From Anaerolineae bacterium (lineage in GTDB: Bacteria; Chloroflexota; Anaerolineae; 4572-78; J111), in contig JAFGDY010000227.1 of assembly GCA_016931895.1 (NCBI GenBank), positions 30,389 through 54,388 of the forward strand: a stretch of DNA of 24,000 nucleotides, read 5' to 3'. Shown one piece after another: positions 7,615-15,750 of this stretch. The notes beneath the pieces are model-generated. The model was not told the origin of the DNA. It made no database searches and worked only from the letters and a program-made list of their open reading frames with translations. The translations under genes were made by a program, and so were the position numbers. Numbering within the stretch: the first letter of the stretch is position 1; the number at the start of each line of letters is the position of its first letter.

Positions 7615-8517
7615 ATGCAGACCAGACTCATTGTAAACCCAACCTCGGACCAGGGCCGTACCTTGACTCTGCTCCCGGAAATAAACAAGGCTTTACAACA
7701 ACTGGAAGTGGATTTTGATATGGTTAAAACCGAGTGCCCCGGCCATGCCACCACTCTGGCCCAACAAGCAGTGGCCGCCGGTTATGAGCGAGTGGTGGCG
7801 GTGGGCGGCGACGGCACCTGCAACGAGATTGCCAACGGGCTGCTCCTGGCGGCGCAACAGGGTCGGTCGGCCAGCCTGGGGCTTATTCCCAGCGGCTCCG
7901 GCAACGATTGGGCCTGTTATTTAGACATTCCCCTTGACCTGACCCAAGCTTGCGCCATTATCAAAAACGGTTCGGAACACCTGCTTGATGTGGGCCGGGT
8001 GACCGTAGACGGGCAGTCTCGGATCTTTGTGAATGTGGTGGGCCTGGGTTTTGACGCCGAAGTGGCCGTGGATACCAAACAGGCCAGGCGATTGCATGGT
8101 TTTGCCATGTACCTATGGAGCGTTTTTAGAGTGCTGCTTTTTGGCCAATGGCCCTACCAGGCCCGGTTTTCCTTCAACGGCCAAATGCAGCAGCAGCCCC
8201 TGACCCTTTTTACCGTAGGCAACGGCACTCGCTCCGGGGGAGGTTTTTACCTGACGCCCGACGCCAGCATGGATGACGGTTTGTTTGATCTGTGTTACGC
8301 CCCGGGCCTGTCCCGGTTGACCCTGTTGAATCTGCTGCCCAAAACTCTCAACGGCACGCACGTGGGCCATCCCGCCGTGACGATAGCTCGCGCCGCCAAC
8401 GTAGAGGTTTTTGTGGAGCAGGGCATTCCCGGCCACGTTGATGGTGAGATTTTATGCCTTGCCGGACGTCATTTTAACTTTGAAATCTTACCCGCCGCCC
8501 TGCAAGTTTGGAAATAA
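7615..8517 (+). CDS. Diacylglycerol kinase-family lipid kinase (YegS/DagK/BmrU type)
   Basis: Start moved to ATG 7615 (MQTRLIVNPTSDQGRT...), the usual family N-terminus. The hallmark VVAVGGDGTCNEIANGL and IPSGSGNDWA motifs are present. 300 aa. Confidence 0.85.
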   Translation: MQTRLIVNPTSDQGRTLTLLPEINKALQQLEVDFDMVKTECPGHATTLAQQAVAAGYERVVAVGGDGTCNEIANGLLLAAQQGRSASLGLIPSGSGNDWACYLDIPLDLTQACAIIKNGSEHLLDVGRVTVDGQSRIFVNVVGLGFDAEVAVDTKQARRLHGFAMYLWSVFRVLLFGQWPYQARFSFNGQMQQQPLTLFTVGNGTRSGGGFYLTPDASMDDGLFDLCYAPGLSRLTLLNLLPKTLNGTHVGHPAVTIARAANVEVFVEQGIPGHVDGEILCLAGRHFNFEILPAALQVWK

Positions 8518-8520
8518 GAA

Positions 8521-9108
8521 ATGATGAGCCTTTATCTTCAGTTTATCAGCGCCGGCCTGGCCGCGTATTTAATTGGTTCTTTTCCTACCGGCGTGGTGTT
8601 TTCTAAATTGAAGGGTGGGCCTGATGTTCGCTATCATGGCAGCGGCAATATTGGCGGCACCAATACCATGCGGTTAATGGGATTTTGGAGCGGCGCTGCG
8701 GTAACGGTAATTGACGCCTTAAAAGGACTTATGGCCTGGGCGGTGGCCTACTTGACCACGCAGGGAAATCCTTGGGCTTTGCCGCTGGCCGGAACAATGG
8801 CCGTTGTCGGGCACTGCTGGCCAATTTACACCCGCTTGCACGGGGGTATGGGCCTGGCCACGGCCGGGGCGTTGATTCTCATTTTGTCGCCGCTAACCAT
8901 TGCGCTGGCTATTCCGGTGTGGGCTTTTTTTTATATGGTGATTTTTAAGAAAAAATACTCGCCTCGCTGCGTTATCCTCACCATTCCGGTGGCGATCATC
9001 CTTTCGCTGCTTTTTATCCCCCTGGCCGCAAAGGTGCAGTGGTTATTTATTTTACTCGCCGTCATTTTAGTCATCCGCCATTTGCCAGAGTGGAACCGTG
9101 TTGAGTAA
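8521..9108 (+). CDS. plsY: Glycerol-3-phosphate acyltransferase PlsY (acyl-phosphate dependent)
   Basis: 195 aa and multi-TM, with the PlsY motifs FPTGVVFSKL, HGSGNIGGTNTMR, VVGHCWPIY and HGGMGLATAGA. It starts 3 nt after the kinase stop. Confidence 0.9.
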   Translation: MMSLYLQFISAGLAAYLIGSFPTGVVFSKLKGGPDVRYHGSGNIGGTNTMRLMGFWSGAAVTVIDALKGLMAWAVAYLTTQGNPWALPLAGTMAVVGHCWPIYTRLHGGMGLATAGALILILSPLTIALAIPVWAFFYMVIFKKKYSPRCVILTIPVAIILSLLFIPLAAKVQWLFILLAVILVIRHLPEWNRVE

Positions 9109-9128
9109 ACTCTAGGACGAGAAACCTT

Positions 9129-9926
9129 ATGCCCAAACGTGTTTTGATTGTAGACGACGACAAAGAAATATTGATGATGCTAGAGTTCGCCCTCAAAAAG
9201 TTGGGGCCGGAGTATCAGGTGGTCACGGCCATGGGCAGTGTTGAGGCTTTGGAGTTAGTTGAAAAATCGGAACCGTTTAATCTGGTGGTCACCGATTACG
9301 TAATGAAAGAAATTACCGGCGTTGACCTAGCCCGCGCCGTGCGCCGTATCTCGCCCACCACCCCGGTGGTGTTGATGACGGCGTATGGCACCAAGCGGTT
9401 GCGAGCCACTACGGAGTCGTTGGGTTTTGACGGCTACCTGGACAAACCTTTTACCGTGCAGAAAATTCGGGGCATTGTCAAACAAATGGTTGAAGAGCCT
9501 ATCCGCACCAGGCCAGACATGCCTCTGCCGGAAGTGCCCGAACCGGGCGAGGATCTCCGCGATCATTTGAAGGCCCTACAAGTTAACGCTAATGCGCGGT
9601 GCGTTGTTTTGCTCCGGGCGGATGGTTATCTGGTGGATGCGGTCGGAGATACCAGAAATTTATCAATCCCCAATATCAGCGCCTTGATTGCGGCCAATTT
9701 TATGTCGGCCGGAGAGTTGGGCAATTTGCTGGGCAATCAGAAGGTGTTCAAATCCAGCTTTCATGAGGGGGAAGGTTATAATGTGTACACTTACGACGTT
9801 AACGGGGCGTTTCTGTTGGCCGTAGTTTTTGATGCCAACCGTAAGCCCGGCGTGGTTTGGTTTTACACCAAGCAGATGGCCACCGCCATTGCGCCCCTGC
9901 TGTCCAAGAGAAAACAGACAGATTAA
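9129..9926 (+). CDS. Response regulator: N-terminal receiver (REC) domain fused to a Roadblock/LC7 (MglB-like) domain
   Basis: The REC signature residues are all present: DD (IVDDDKE), phospho-acceptor D in LVVTDYVM, T in VLMTAYG and K in LDKPF. After a Pro/Glu linker, residues ~145-262 read ANARCVVLLRADGYLVDAVGD...ISALIAANFMSAGELGNLLG...SFHEGEGYNVYTYDVNGAFLLAVVFD, the Roadblock/LC7 alternating pattern. No DNA-binding output domain is present. Confidence 0.8.
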   Translation: MPKRVLIVDDDKEILMMLEFALKKLGPEYQVVTAMGSVEALELVEKSEPFNLVVTDYVMKEITGVDLARAVRRISPTTPVVLMTAYGTKRLRATTESLGFDGYLDKPFTVQKIRGIVKQMVEEPIRTRPDMPLPEVPEPGEDLRDHLKALQVNANARCVVLLRADGYLVDAVGDTRNLSIPNISALIAANFMSAGELGNLLGNQKVFKSSFHEGEGYNVYTYDVNGAFLLAVVFDANRKPGVVWFYTKQMATAIAPLLSKRKQTD

Positions 9927-10156
9927 GTATACGCCGCCTGTTTAGCCTCCTGCCAATATAGGGGCGTCGGTGTAGGCGTGGGCCGGCGTTGAGGTCTGGT
10001 TCTGAGCAGCGGCCAGACCAAGGTGGTCAGCATAGCCAGTACCAGCAGCAGAATGATTAACTTGGCCGCCAGACTGAGTTTACGTTCCTCTTCTGCTTCG
10101 TCGCCATCATCGGGGCCATCTATGAATGCCTCGGGTTCAGTGGGCTTGGTATTCAC
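9923..10156 (-). CDS. Hypothetical small single-pass membrane protein (acidic N-terminus, TM, basic PT tail)
   Basis: The track ORF is 9923..10183 (TTG). I prefer GTG at 10156..10154, which overlaps the upstream SDR stop as GTGA, a classic coupling overlap. The TM is LIILLLVLAMLTTLVWPLL, followed by RTRPQRRPTPTPTP. No homology was recognised. It fills an otherwise terminator-less 226-bp gap. Confidence 0.4.
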   Translation of the reverse strand: MNTKPTEPEAFIDGPDDGDEAEEERKLSLAAKLIILLLVLAMLTTLVWPLLRTRPQRRPTPTPTPLYWQEAKQAAYT

Positions 10157-10890
10157 ACCAAATGCCGCCCTCCATCCACGCAAATGATTTCGCCGGTCAC
10201 GTAGTCGCCATCTTTAAGCAAGTAGAGCATAGCCTTTACCACTTCTTCGGGGGAGCCGGTACGGTTCAGGGGAATACGTTTGGCCAGGCGCTCAAACGTG
10301 GCCGGGTCGTCATTGACATTGGGCAAAATGGCTCCCAGGGCGATGCCGTTGACCTGAATATTGTGTTTGGCCAGGGCGTGGGCCATCGCTTTGGTCAACC
10401 CCTCCAGGCCCACTTTGCTAATAGTGTAGGAAAAATGATGATTCTGGGGGCGCAGGGCGATGGCATCCAGCAAATTGATGATTTTGCCGGGCCGGTCTTT
10501 GGGCAGGGCGCGGGCAAAAGCCTGGCTGAGCAAAAAAGGCGCTTTGAGGTTGATCATCATATTGCGGTCCCAGGTAGCGGAGTCGGCGCTGAGAAAATCC
10601 TCCGGGGGAAAGATGGAGGCGTTATTGATCAGAATGTCCAACCGGCCTGCTTGTTGCAGGGCAAAGGGGACCAGGGTATTGACGGCGGCTTCGTTGTTCA
10701 AGTCGGCTGAGACAGCCCAGGCCCGCCGGCCCAGGGCCTTTATTTCGGCCACGGTTTTCTGGGCCACCTCTGCGGAATTTCCATAATGCACCACCAGGTG
10801 GCAGCCCTGCCCGGCCAGGGCCAGGGCCAGGGTTTTGCCCACCCGTTTGGCGCTGCCGGTGATAAGCGCAACTTTGTCTGTCAGGTCCAT
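10153..10890 (-). CDS. SDR-family oxidoreductase, pteridine reductase (PTR1/FolM)-like
   Basis: 245 aa. ALITGSAKRVGKTLALALAGQGCHLVVHY resembles the TG..KR.G cofactor motif of PTR1/FolM-type SDRs. NNAS is present, as is the catalytic YTISKVGLEGLTKAMA (YxxxK). ATG is preceded by GGAAGGAA. Confidence 0.8.
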   Translation of the reverse strand: MDLTDKVALITGSAKRVGKTLALALAGQGCHLVVHYGNSAEVAQKTVAEIKALGRRAWAVSADLNNEAAVNTLVPFALQQAGRLDILINNASIFPPEDFLSADSATWDRNMMINLKAPFLLSQAFARALPKDRPGKIINLLDAIALRPQNHHFSYTISKVGLEGLTKAMAHALAKHNIQVNGIALGAILPNVNDDPATFERLAKRIPLNRTGSPEEVVKAMLYLLKDGDYVTGEIICVDGGRHLV

Positions 10891-10912
10891 TGGTTCCTTC
10901 CGTATCCAAAGG

Positions 10913-12136
10913 TTAAAGTTTTTCTTTTAATCTTCGGGTTGCTTCAATAATATCTTCCCGGTGGCCAAAGGCGCTGAAACGGATAAAACTCTCCCCGGCC
11001 GGGCCAAAACCAACGCCCGGCGTGGTTACAACGTGGGCCTTTTCCAACATTTCCGCAAACACCTCCCAGGAATTTCTCCCCGGAAATTCAGCCCAAACAT
11101 AGGGAGAGTTGACGCCGCCGTAAGTGGTAATCCCCAATTCGGCCAGGGCTTGTTTGATGAGCCGGGCATTTTCCATGTAATAGCCCACGGTTTGTTGCAT
11201 TTCGGCCATACCCTCGTCATCAAGGGCAGCCAGGCCGCCGTACTGGGCCAGGTTGGAGGCGCCATTGAACAGGGTGCTGGTCACCCGGCGCCAATCGTTC
11301 ATCACGGGTGAGCCGTCATCAAAAGTCAATTCCTGGGGCACTACCGTCCAGCCAAGCCGCACGCCGGTAAAACCAATGGGTTTGGAGAAAGAGTTGACTT
11401 CAATAGCCACGGCCCGGCTGCCTTCAATCTCAAAAATGGATTTGGGTAGAGCCTCGTCTCGCACAAAGGCGGCATAGGCCGCGTCGAAGATGATAATGGA
11501 TTTGTTTTGGCGGGCAAAGTCAACCAACGCCTGCAATTGGGTTTTGTTTGACACCGCGCCCGTGGGATTGTTGGGCGAGCAAAAATAGATCAAATCCGTG
11601 GGAGGCAGGCCGGCCAGGTTTGGGAAAAAATTGTTTTCCGGGGCGCAGCGCATGTAAACGATGTTATTGAACAAACCCCGCTCCCGGTCATAAGACCCTG
11701 TGGCCCCGGCGATGACGCTGCCGTCCACATAAACCGGGTAGGCCGGGTCCTGCACCGCCACCGACACCTCCGCCCCAAACAAAACCTGGAGCCGCCCGCA
11801 ATCGCACTTGGCCCCGTCGGAGATAAACACTTCGTTGGGGCCAACCAGGCCGTGGTACCACTTTTCGGCCAGCCTGGTTTTAAGGTTTTGCAATAACTCC
11901 TGGCCTTTGGCGTCGTCGTCATAGCCTGAGTAACCTTCCGGCGTGCCCAGCCCCAGGGCGGCCTTTTTTAAAGCGTCAACCAGGTGGGGCGTCAAAGGTT
12001 TAGTGGTGTTGCCGATGCCCAGGCTGATAATTTTGGCGGCGGGATTTTTTTCCAGCAAGGCTCTGCACCGGCGGCTGATCTCCGGGAAAAGATAGCCCGC
12101 CTGTAATTTGGCTATGTTTTTGTTTCGTTGCACCAT
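10913..12136 (-). CDS. dapL: LL-diaminopimelate aminotransferase
   Basis: 407 aa. The N-terminus NKNIAKLQAGYLFPEISRR is the DapL hallmark. It is a class I aminotransferase with SFSKPIGFTGVRLGW, which carries the PLP lysine. Confidence 0.9.
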   Translation of the reverse strand: MVQRNKNIAKLQAGYLFPEISRRCRALLEKNPAAKIISLGIGNTTKPLTPHLVDALKKAALGLGTPEGYSGYDDDAKGQELLQNLKTRLAEKWYHGLVGPNEVFISDGAKCDCGRLQVLFGAEVSVAVQDPAYPVYVDGSVIAGATGSYDRERGLFNNIVYMRCAPENNFFPNLAGLPPTDLIYFCSPNNPTGAVSNKTQLQALVDFARQNKSIIIFDAAYAAFVRDEALPKSIFEIEGSRAVAIEVNSFSKPIGFTGVRLGWTVVPQELTFDDGSPVMNDWRRVTSTLFNGASNLAQYGGLAALDDEGMAEMQQTVGYYMENARLIKQALAELGITTYGGVNSPYVWAEFPGRNSWEVFAEMLEKAHVVTTPGVGFGPAGESFIRFSAFGHREDIIEATRRLKEKL

Positions 12137-12223
12137 GATTTTTTCTCGCTAATTGTTTTATAAAAATCGGGATGGTTCATAGAGCACGGGAAACCAACTT
12201 TACCCTTTTGACAAATACGCAAC

Positions 12224-12285
12224 GACAAACAACGAAAAAGCCATGAATATCTGGGGCTTTTCGTTTGTCAATCGTCATTCGTCGT
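12224..12285 (-). repeat. Intergenic hairpin plus conserved 25-nt motif (copy B) between lysA and dapL
   Basis: The arms are GACAAACAACGAAAAAGCC (12224..12242) and GGCTTTTCGTTTGTC (12255..12269), giving 15 bp with two bulges. The 25-mer TCGTTTGTCAATCGTCATTCGTCGT (12261..12285, plus-strand reading) is 23/25 identical to 13654..13678. Confidence 0.6.
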
Positions 12286-12301
12286 TCGTCAGGTAAACGG
12301 C

Positions 12302-13564
12302 TCATACCCTGAAGGTTTCAAACCGTCCAAAATCGAGCGTAGCAAAATAATCGGCGGGGGTTTCGGCCCGGCGGATTTGCACCACTTCGCCGTTTTCCCG
12401 CAGCAGCAGTTCGGCGGAACGGAGTTTGCCGTTGTAGTTAAAACCCATCGAATACCCGTGCGCGCCGGTATCGTGAATGGCCACAATGTCGCCAATCTCA
12501 ATTTCCGGCAGCATCCGGTCAATGGCAAACTTATCATTGTTCTCGCACAACGAGCCGGTAACATCGTACTGGCGCGTGGGGGGGTAGTTTTCTTTGCCCA
12601 AAACCGTAAGATGGTGATACGCGCCGTAAAGGGCCGGACGCATCAAATTGGCCATGCTCGCATCCAGACCAACAAAAGTTTTGTACGTATTTTTTTTGTG
12701 CAGCACGGTGGATACCAGGTAACCGTAAGGCCCGGTAATCACCCGCCCGCACTCCAGGTACACTTTGGGGGGCTGTAAATTATGCCGGTGAATGGTTTCT
12801 TCGTAGACCTGGCTGACACCATCGGCAATCTTTTCGTAAGAAACAGGAGCCTCGGTGGGCCGGTAGGGGATGCCAATGCCGCCGCCCATGTTGATGAAGT
12901 CAAAGTTGATACCAATCTCAGTGGAGATTTCCACTACCAAATCCAGCAACATCCGGGCCGTTTCCACAAAGTATTCATTTTCCAACTCGTTTGAAGCCAC
13001 CATGGTGTGCAGGCCAAAACGTTTAACGCCTTTGGCTTTGATCATCCGGTACCCTTCAAAAAGCTGCTGGCGAGTAAAGCCGTATTTGGCTTCTTGGGGG
13101 TGGCCGATAATGACATTGCCTTTTCTTAAGGGACCGGGGTTGTACCTAAAACAGAGCAATTCAGGCAGGCCGGCGTGCCGTTCCAGAAATTCGATGTGGC
13201 TGAGGTCGTCCAGATTGATAATGGCGCCCAACGCTTTGGCCTTTTGGTATTCTTGAGCCGGGGTGTCGTTAGAGGAGAACATAATATCCTCTCCCCGCAG
13301 CCCCACTTTTTCCGAAAGCAGCAATTCCGGCAAAGAGCTACAATCCGCGCCAAAACCTTCTTCGGCCAGGATTTTCAAAATAAAGGGATTGGGCAGGGCC
13401 TTCACCGCAAAATATTCTTTAAAGCCGTGAACGCCGCTAAAAACTTTTTTGAACCGGCGGGCATTGTCCCGGATCGCCTTTTCATCGTAAATGTGAAAAG
13501 GCGTGGGGAATCTTTGGGTTAACTCGATGATCTGTTCTTTGGTAAAAGGCAGTGTTTTGGACAT
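12302..13564 (-). CDS. lysA: Diaminopimelate decarboxylase
   Basis: Start moved to ATG 13564 (MSKTLPFTKEQIIELTQRFPTPFHIYDE...). It is a fold-III PLP decarboxylase with YFAVKALPN (PLP Lys), NMGGGIGIPY, GSLCENNDKF and IHDTGAHGYSMGFNYNG. 420 aa. Confidence 0.9.
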   Translation of the reverse strand: MSKTLPFTKEQIIELTQRFPTPFHIYDEKAIRDNARRFKKVFSGVHGFKEYFAVKALPNPFILKILAEEGFGADCSSLPELLLSEKVGLRGEDIMFSSNDTPAQEYQKAKALGAIINLDDLSHIEFLERHAGLPELLCFRYNPGPLRKGNVIIGHPQEAKYGFTRQQLFEGYRMIKAKGVKRFGLHTMVASNELENEYFVETARMLLDLVVEISTEIGINFDFINMGGGIGIPYRPTEAPVSYEKIADGVSQVYEETIHRHNLQPPKVYLECGRVITGPYGYLVSTVLHKKNTYKTFVGLDASMANLMRPALYGAYHHLTVLGKENYPPTRQYDVTGSLCENNDKFAIDRMLPEIEIGDIVAIHDTGAHGYSMGFNYNGKLRSAELLLRENGEVVQIRRAETPADYFATLDFGRFETFRV

Positions 13565-13616
13565 GCTTCTCTCTAGGTTTGCAACTCGGTTAAACGGAAA
13601 CGGATGCGGTGTTTTC

Positions 13617-13678
13617 GACCAACGAGCAACGACCAACTTTTGTTGTTCGTCCCTCGTTCGTCAATCGTCCTTCGTCGT
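13617..13678 (-). repeat. Intergenic hairpin plus conserved 25-nt motif (copy A) between asd and lysA
   Basis: The arms are GACCAACGAGCAACGACCAAC (13617..13637) and GTTGTTCGTCCCTCGTTCGTC (13642..13662) with loop TTTT, giving 17/21 Watson-Crick pairs, plus one G.U when read as minus-strand RNA. The 25-mer is TCGTTCGTCAATCGTCCTTCGTCGT (13654..13678). Confidence 0.6.
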
Positions 13679-13715
13679 AAATCATTACAACCAACAAGCA
13701 GTAACTGTAAATCTA

Positions 13716-14732
13716 TTAATCCAAGAACCTTTGCTCAACAATGAGTTCGCCAATCTGCACGGCGTTCAGGGCCGCGCCCTTGAGCAATTGGTCGCCGCAA
13801 ACAAAAAACTCCAGGCTGTGCTCGCCGTAGATCAGGTTTTGCCGGATACGGCCCACTTCTACGTCAAATTTTTCGCTGGCAGTCAACGGCATGGGGTAAA
13901 CGTTGCGCTCAAGGTCGTCTTTTACTTCAAGGCCGTTGGCTGCGGCAAACAGTTTGCGCACATCGGCGGGATTAATGGGTCGTTTGGTTTCCACCACAAT
14001 GCTTTCGGCGTGGGCGCGCATGGTGGGAATACGGACGCAGGTGCAGGAGATGGGGATGGTGTTATCGCCAAAGATTTTGCGCGTTTCCCACACTACTTTC
14101 ATCTCTTCCCGGGTATAACCATTTTCCTGGAAGGAATCAATGTGTGGAATCAGGTTAAAGGGAATGGGGTGGACAAAGGTGTTGTGGCCGGGAGTTTCGC
14201 CGCTCAACACTTTGCGCGTTTCGGCTTCCAGTTCGACCATACCCTGGTTACCTGCTCCACTGGTGGCCTGGTAGGTGGCGATGATCACTTTTTTGAGCCG
14301 GTAATGCTGATGGATGATCCACAGGGGAATGGCGGCCACAGCCGTGGTGCAGTTGGGGTTGGCGATCAGGGGCGCGTTGCCAATGGCTTGCGGATTGATC
14401 TCCGGGATGACCAGCGGCACGTGCTCGTGGTAGCGAAAGGTGGACGAGTTGTCTATAACCACGCAGCCCGCCGCTGCCGCTTTAGGCGCATTTTCTTGGG
14501 GCCAGCCCCCACCAATGGCAAAAAAGGCCATATCCAGTTGGCCGTAATCCACCTGATCGGCATTTTCTACGGTAATGGCCCCAAAGGGGGTAGCCAGAGT
14601 TTTGCCTTCGGACCGTTCCGAAGCGTACAACCGAAGGGTGTCAAGGGGAAAGTTGCGCTTATGCAACACGCTAATCAGATTTTGCCCCACCACGCCGGTG
14701 GCGCCCATAATGCCAACACGTAGTTGTTTCAT
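13716..14732 (-). CDS. asd: Aspartate-semialdehyde dehydrogenase
   Basis: 338 aa. It has MKQLRVGIMGATGVVGQ (NAD(P) Rossmann), the active-site context IANPNCTT and the QATSGAG motif. The SD is AAGAGG. Confidence 0.92.
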   Translation of the reverse strand: MKQLRVGIMGATGVVGQNLISVLHKRNFPLDTLRLYASERSEGKTLATPFGAITVENADQVDYGQLDMAFFAIGGGWPQENAPKAAAAGCVVIDNSSTFRYHEHVPLVIPEINPQAIGNAPLIANPNCTTAVAAIPLWIIHQHYRLKKVIIATYQATSGAGNQGMVELEAETRKVLSGETPGHNTFVHPIPFNLIPHIDSFQENGYTREEMKVVWETRKIFGDNTIPISCTCVRIPTMRAHAESIVVETKRPINPADVRKLFAAANGLEVKDDLERNVYPMPLTASEKFDVEVGRIRQNLIYGEHSLEFFVCGDQLLKGAALNAVQIGELIVEQRFLD

Positions 14733-14830
14733 GGTTATTTTTACCTCTTTAGATGACCCTGTTTGTTTTCCGGGCCGGGACCCAGATGGTTATGGATTGC
14801 ATCTGTGTCCCGGCTCCTGTTTCAGACTAC

Positions 14831-15733
14831 TCAAGCAATTACCGGCTCTAATTGTTCAAGTAAGCCCATCTCAACCAGAACCGCGTCAACCTTGTCTCTG
14901 TTTTCCGGTTGCAGCTCGCACATAGGCAGGCGGTAAATTTCACGGCACATGCCGGCCCGGTAGAGCATATATTTTATCGGAATAGGATTGGTTTCGACAA
15001 ATTCGGCCTCAAAAAGTGGCGTCAACTCCCGGTTCAGTTGCTCCGCCTCGGCCCAGTTTCCGACCAGGGCTAACTCAACCAGCCGGGACATCCGGGCCGG
15101 GATAAAGTTACTGGCCACAGAGATAACCCCATCGCCGCCGGCCTTGATCAGGTCCAGGGTAATGTTGTCGTCGCCGCTAAGCACGCTAAATGCCGCCGGG
15201 CTTTGCTTGATGACGTCCCGGATCTGGCCTATATCGCCGGAAGCCTCTTTAACGCCGGCAATGTTGTCGCAATCGCGGATCAGCCGCAGCAGGGTTGGGG
15301 TTTCCACATTGACCGCGGTGCGGCTCTTGATATTGTAAACAATGCAGGGAATACTCACGCTGTCGGCGATGGCCTTAAAATGCCGATAAAGCCCTTCCTG
15401 GGTAGGTTTGTTGTAATAGGGATTGACCAGCAACGCCGCATCCACGCCCACCGACTCTGCGTGCTGGGTAAGGCGGATAGCCTCTCTGGTGCTGTTTGAG
15501 CCGGTGCCGCCGATAACGGGCACGCGACCATTGACGTGCCGCACCACCAGGTCAATCACCAGGTCGTGTTCCTCGTGGGAGAGGGTGGGGCTTTCGCCGG
15601 TGGTGCCGCAGGGCACCAGGCCGGAAACGCCGTTTTCAATATTAAAGTCTATTAAGTTTTTCAGGGCTACTTCGTCCACGCTCTCATCTTCATTGAAAGG
15701 GGTGACAATTGCGGTAAAAACGCCTCTAAACAT
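14831..15733 (-). CDS. dapA: 4-hydroxy-tetrahydrodipicolinate synthase
   Basis: 300 aa. It has GVFTAIVTPF, VPCGTTGESPTLS, GTGSNST, YYNKPTQEG and the Schiff-base Lys context GVKEASGD. AGGAG lies 6 nt upstream of the ATG. Confidence 0.92.
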   Translation of the reverse strand: MFRGVFTAIVTPFNEDESVDEVALKNLIDFNIENGVSGLVPCGTTGESPTLSHEEHDLVIDLVVRHVNGRVPVIGGTGSNSTREAIRLTQHAESVGVDAALLVNPYYNKPTQEGLYRHFKAIADSVSIPCIVYNIKSRTAVNVETPTLLRLIRDCDNIAGVKEASGDIGQIRDVIKQSPAAFSVLSGDDNITLDLIKAGGDGVISVASNFIPARMSRLVELALVGNWAEAEQLNRELTPLFEAEFVETNPIPIKYMLYRAGMCREIYRLPMCELQPENRDKVDAVLVEMGLLEQLEPVIA

Positions 15734-15750
15734 TTTACGCTCCTGAACAG

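Noticed and set aside
13503-14723. 406-aa plus-strand ORF antisense to asd/lysA
   Set aside because: The opposite strand encodes an unmistakable asd with conserved motifs. This ORF spans an intergenic hairpin and has a Gly/Val/His-rich nonsense-like composition.
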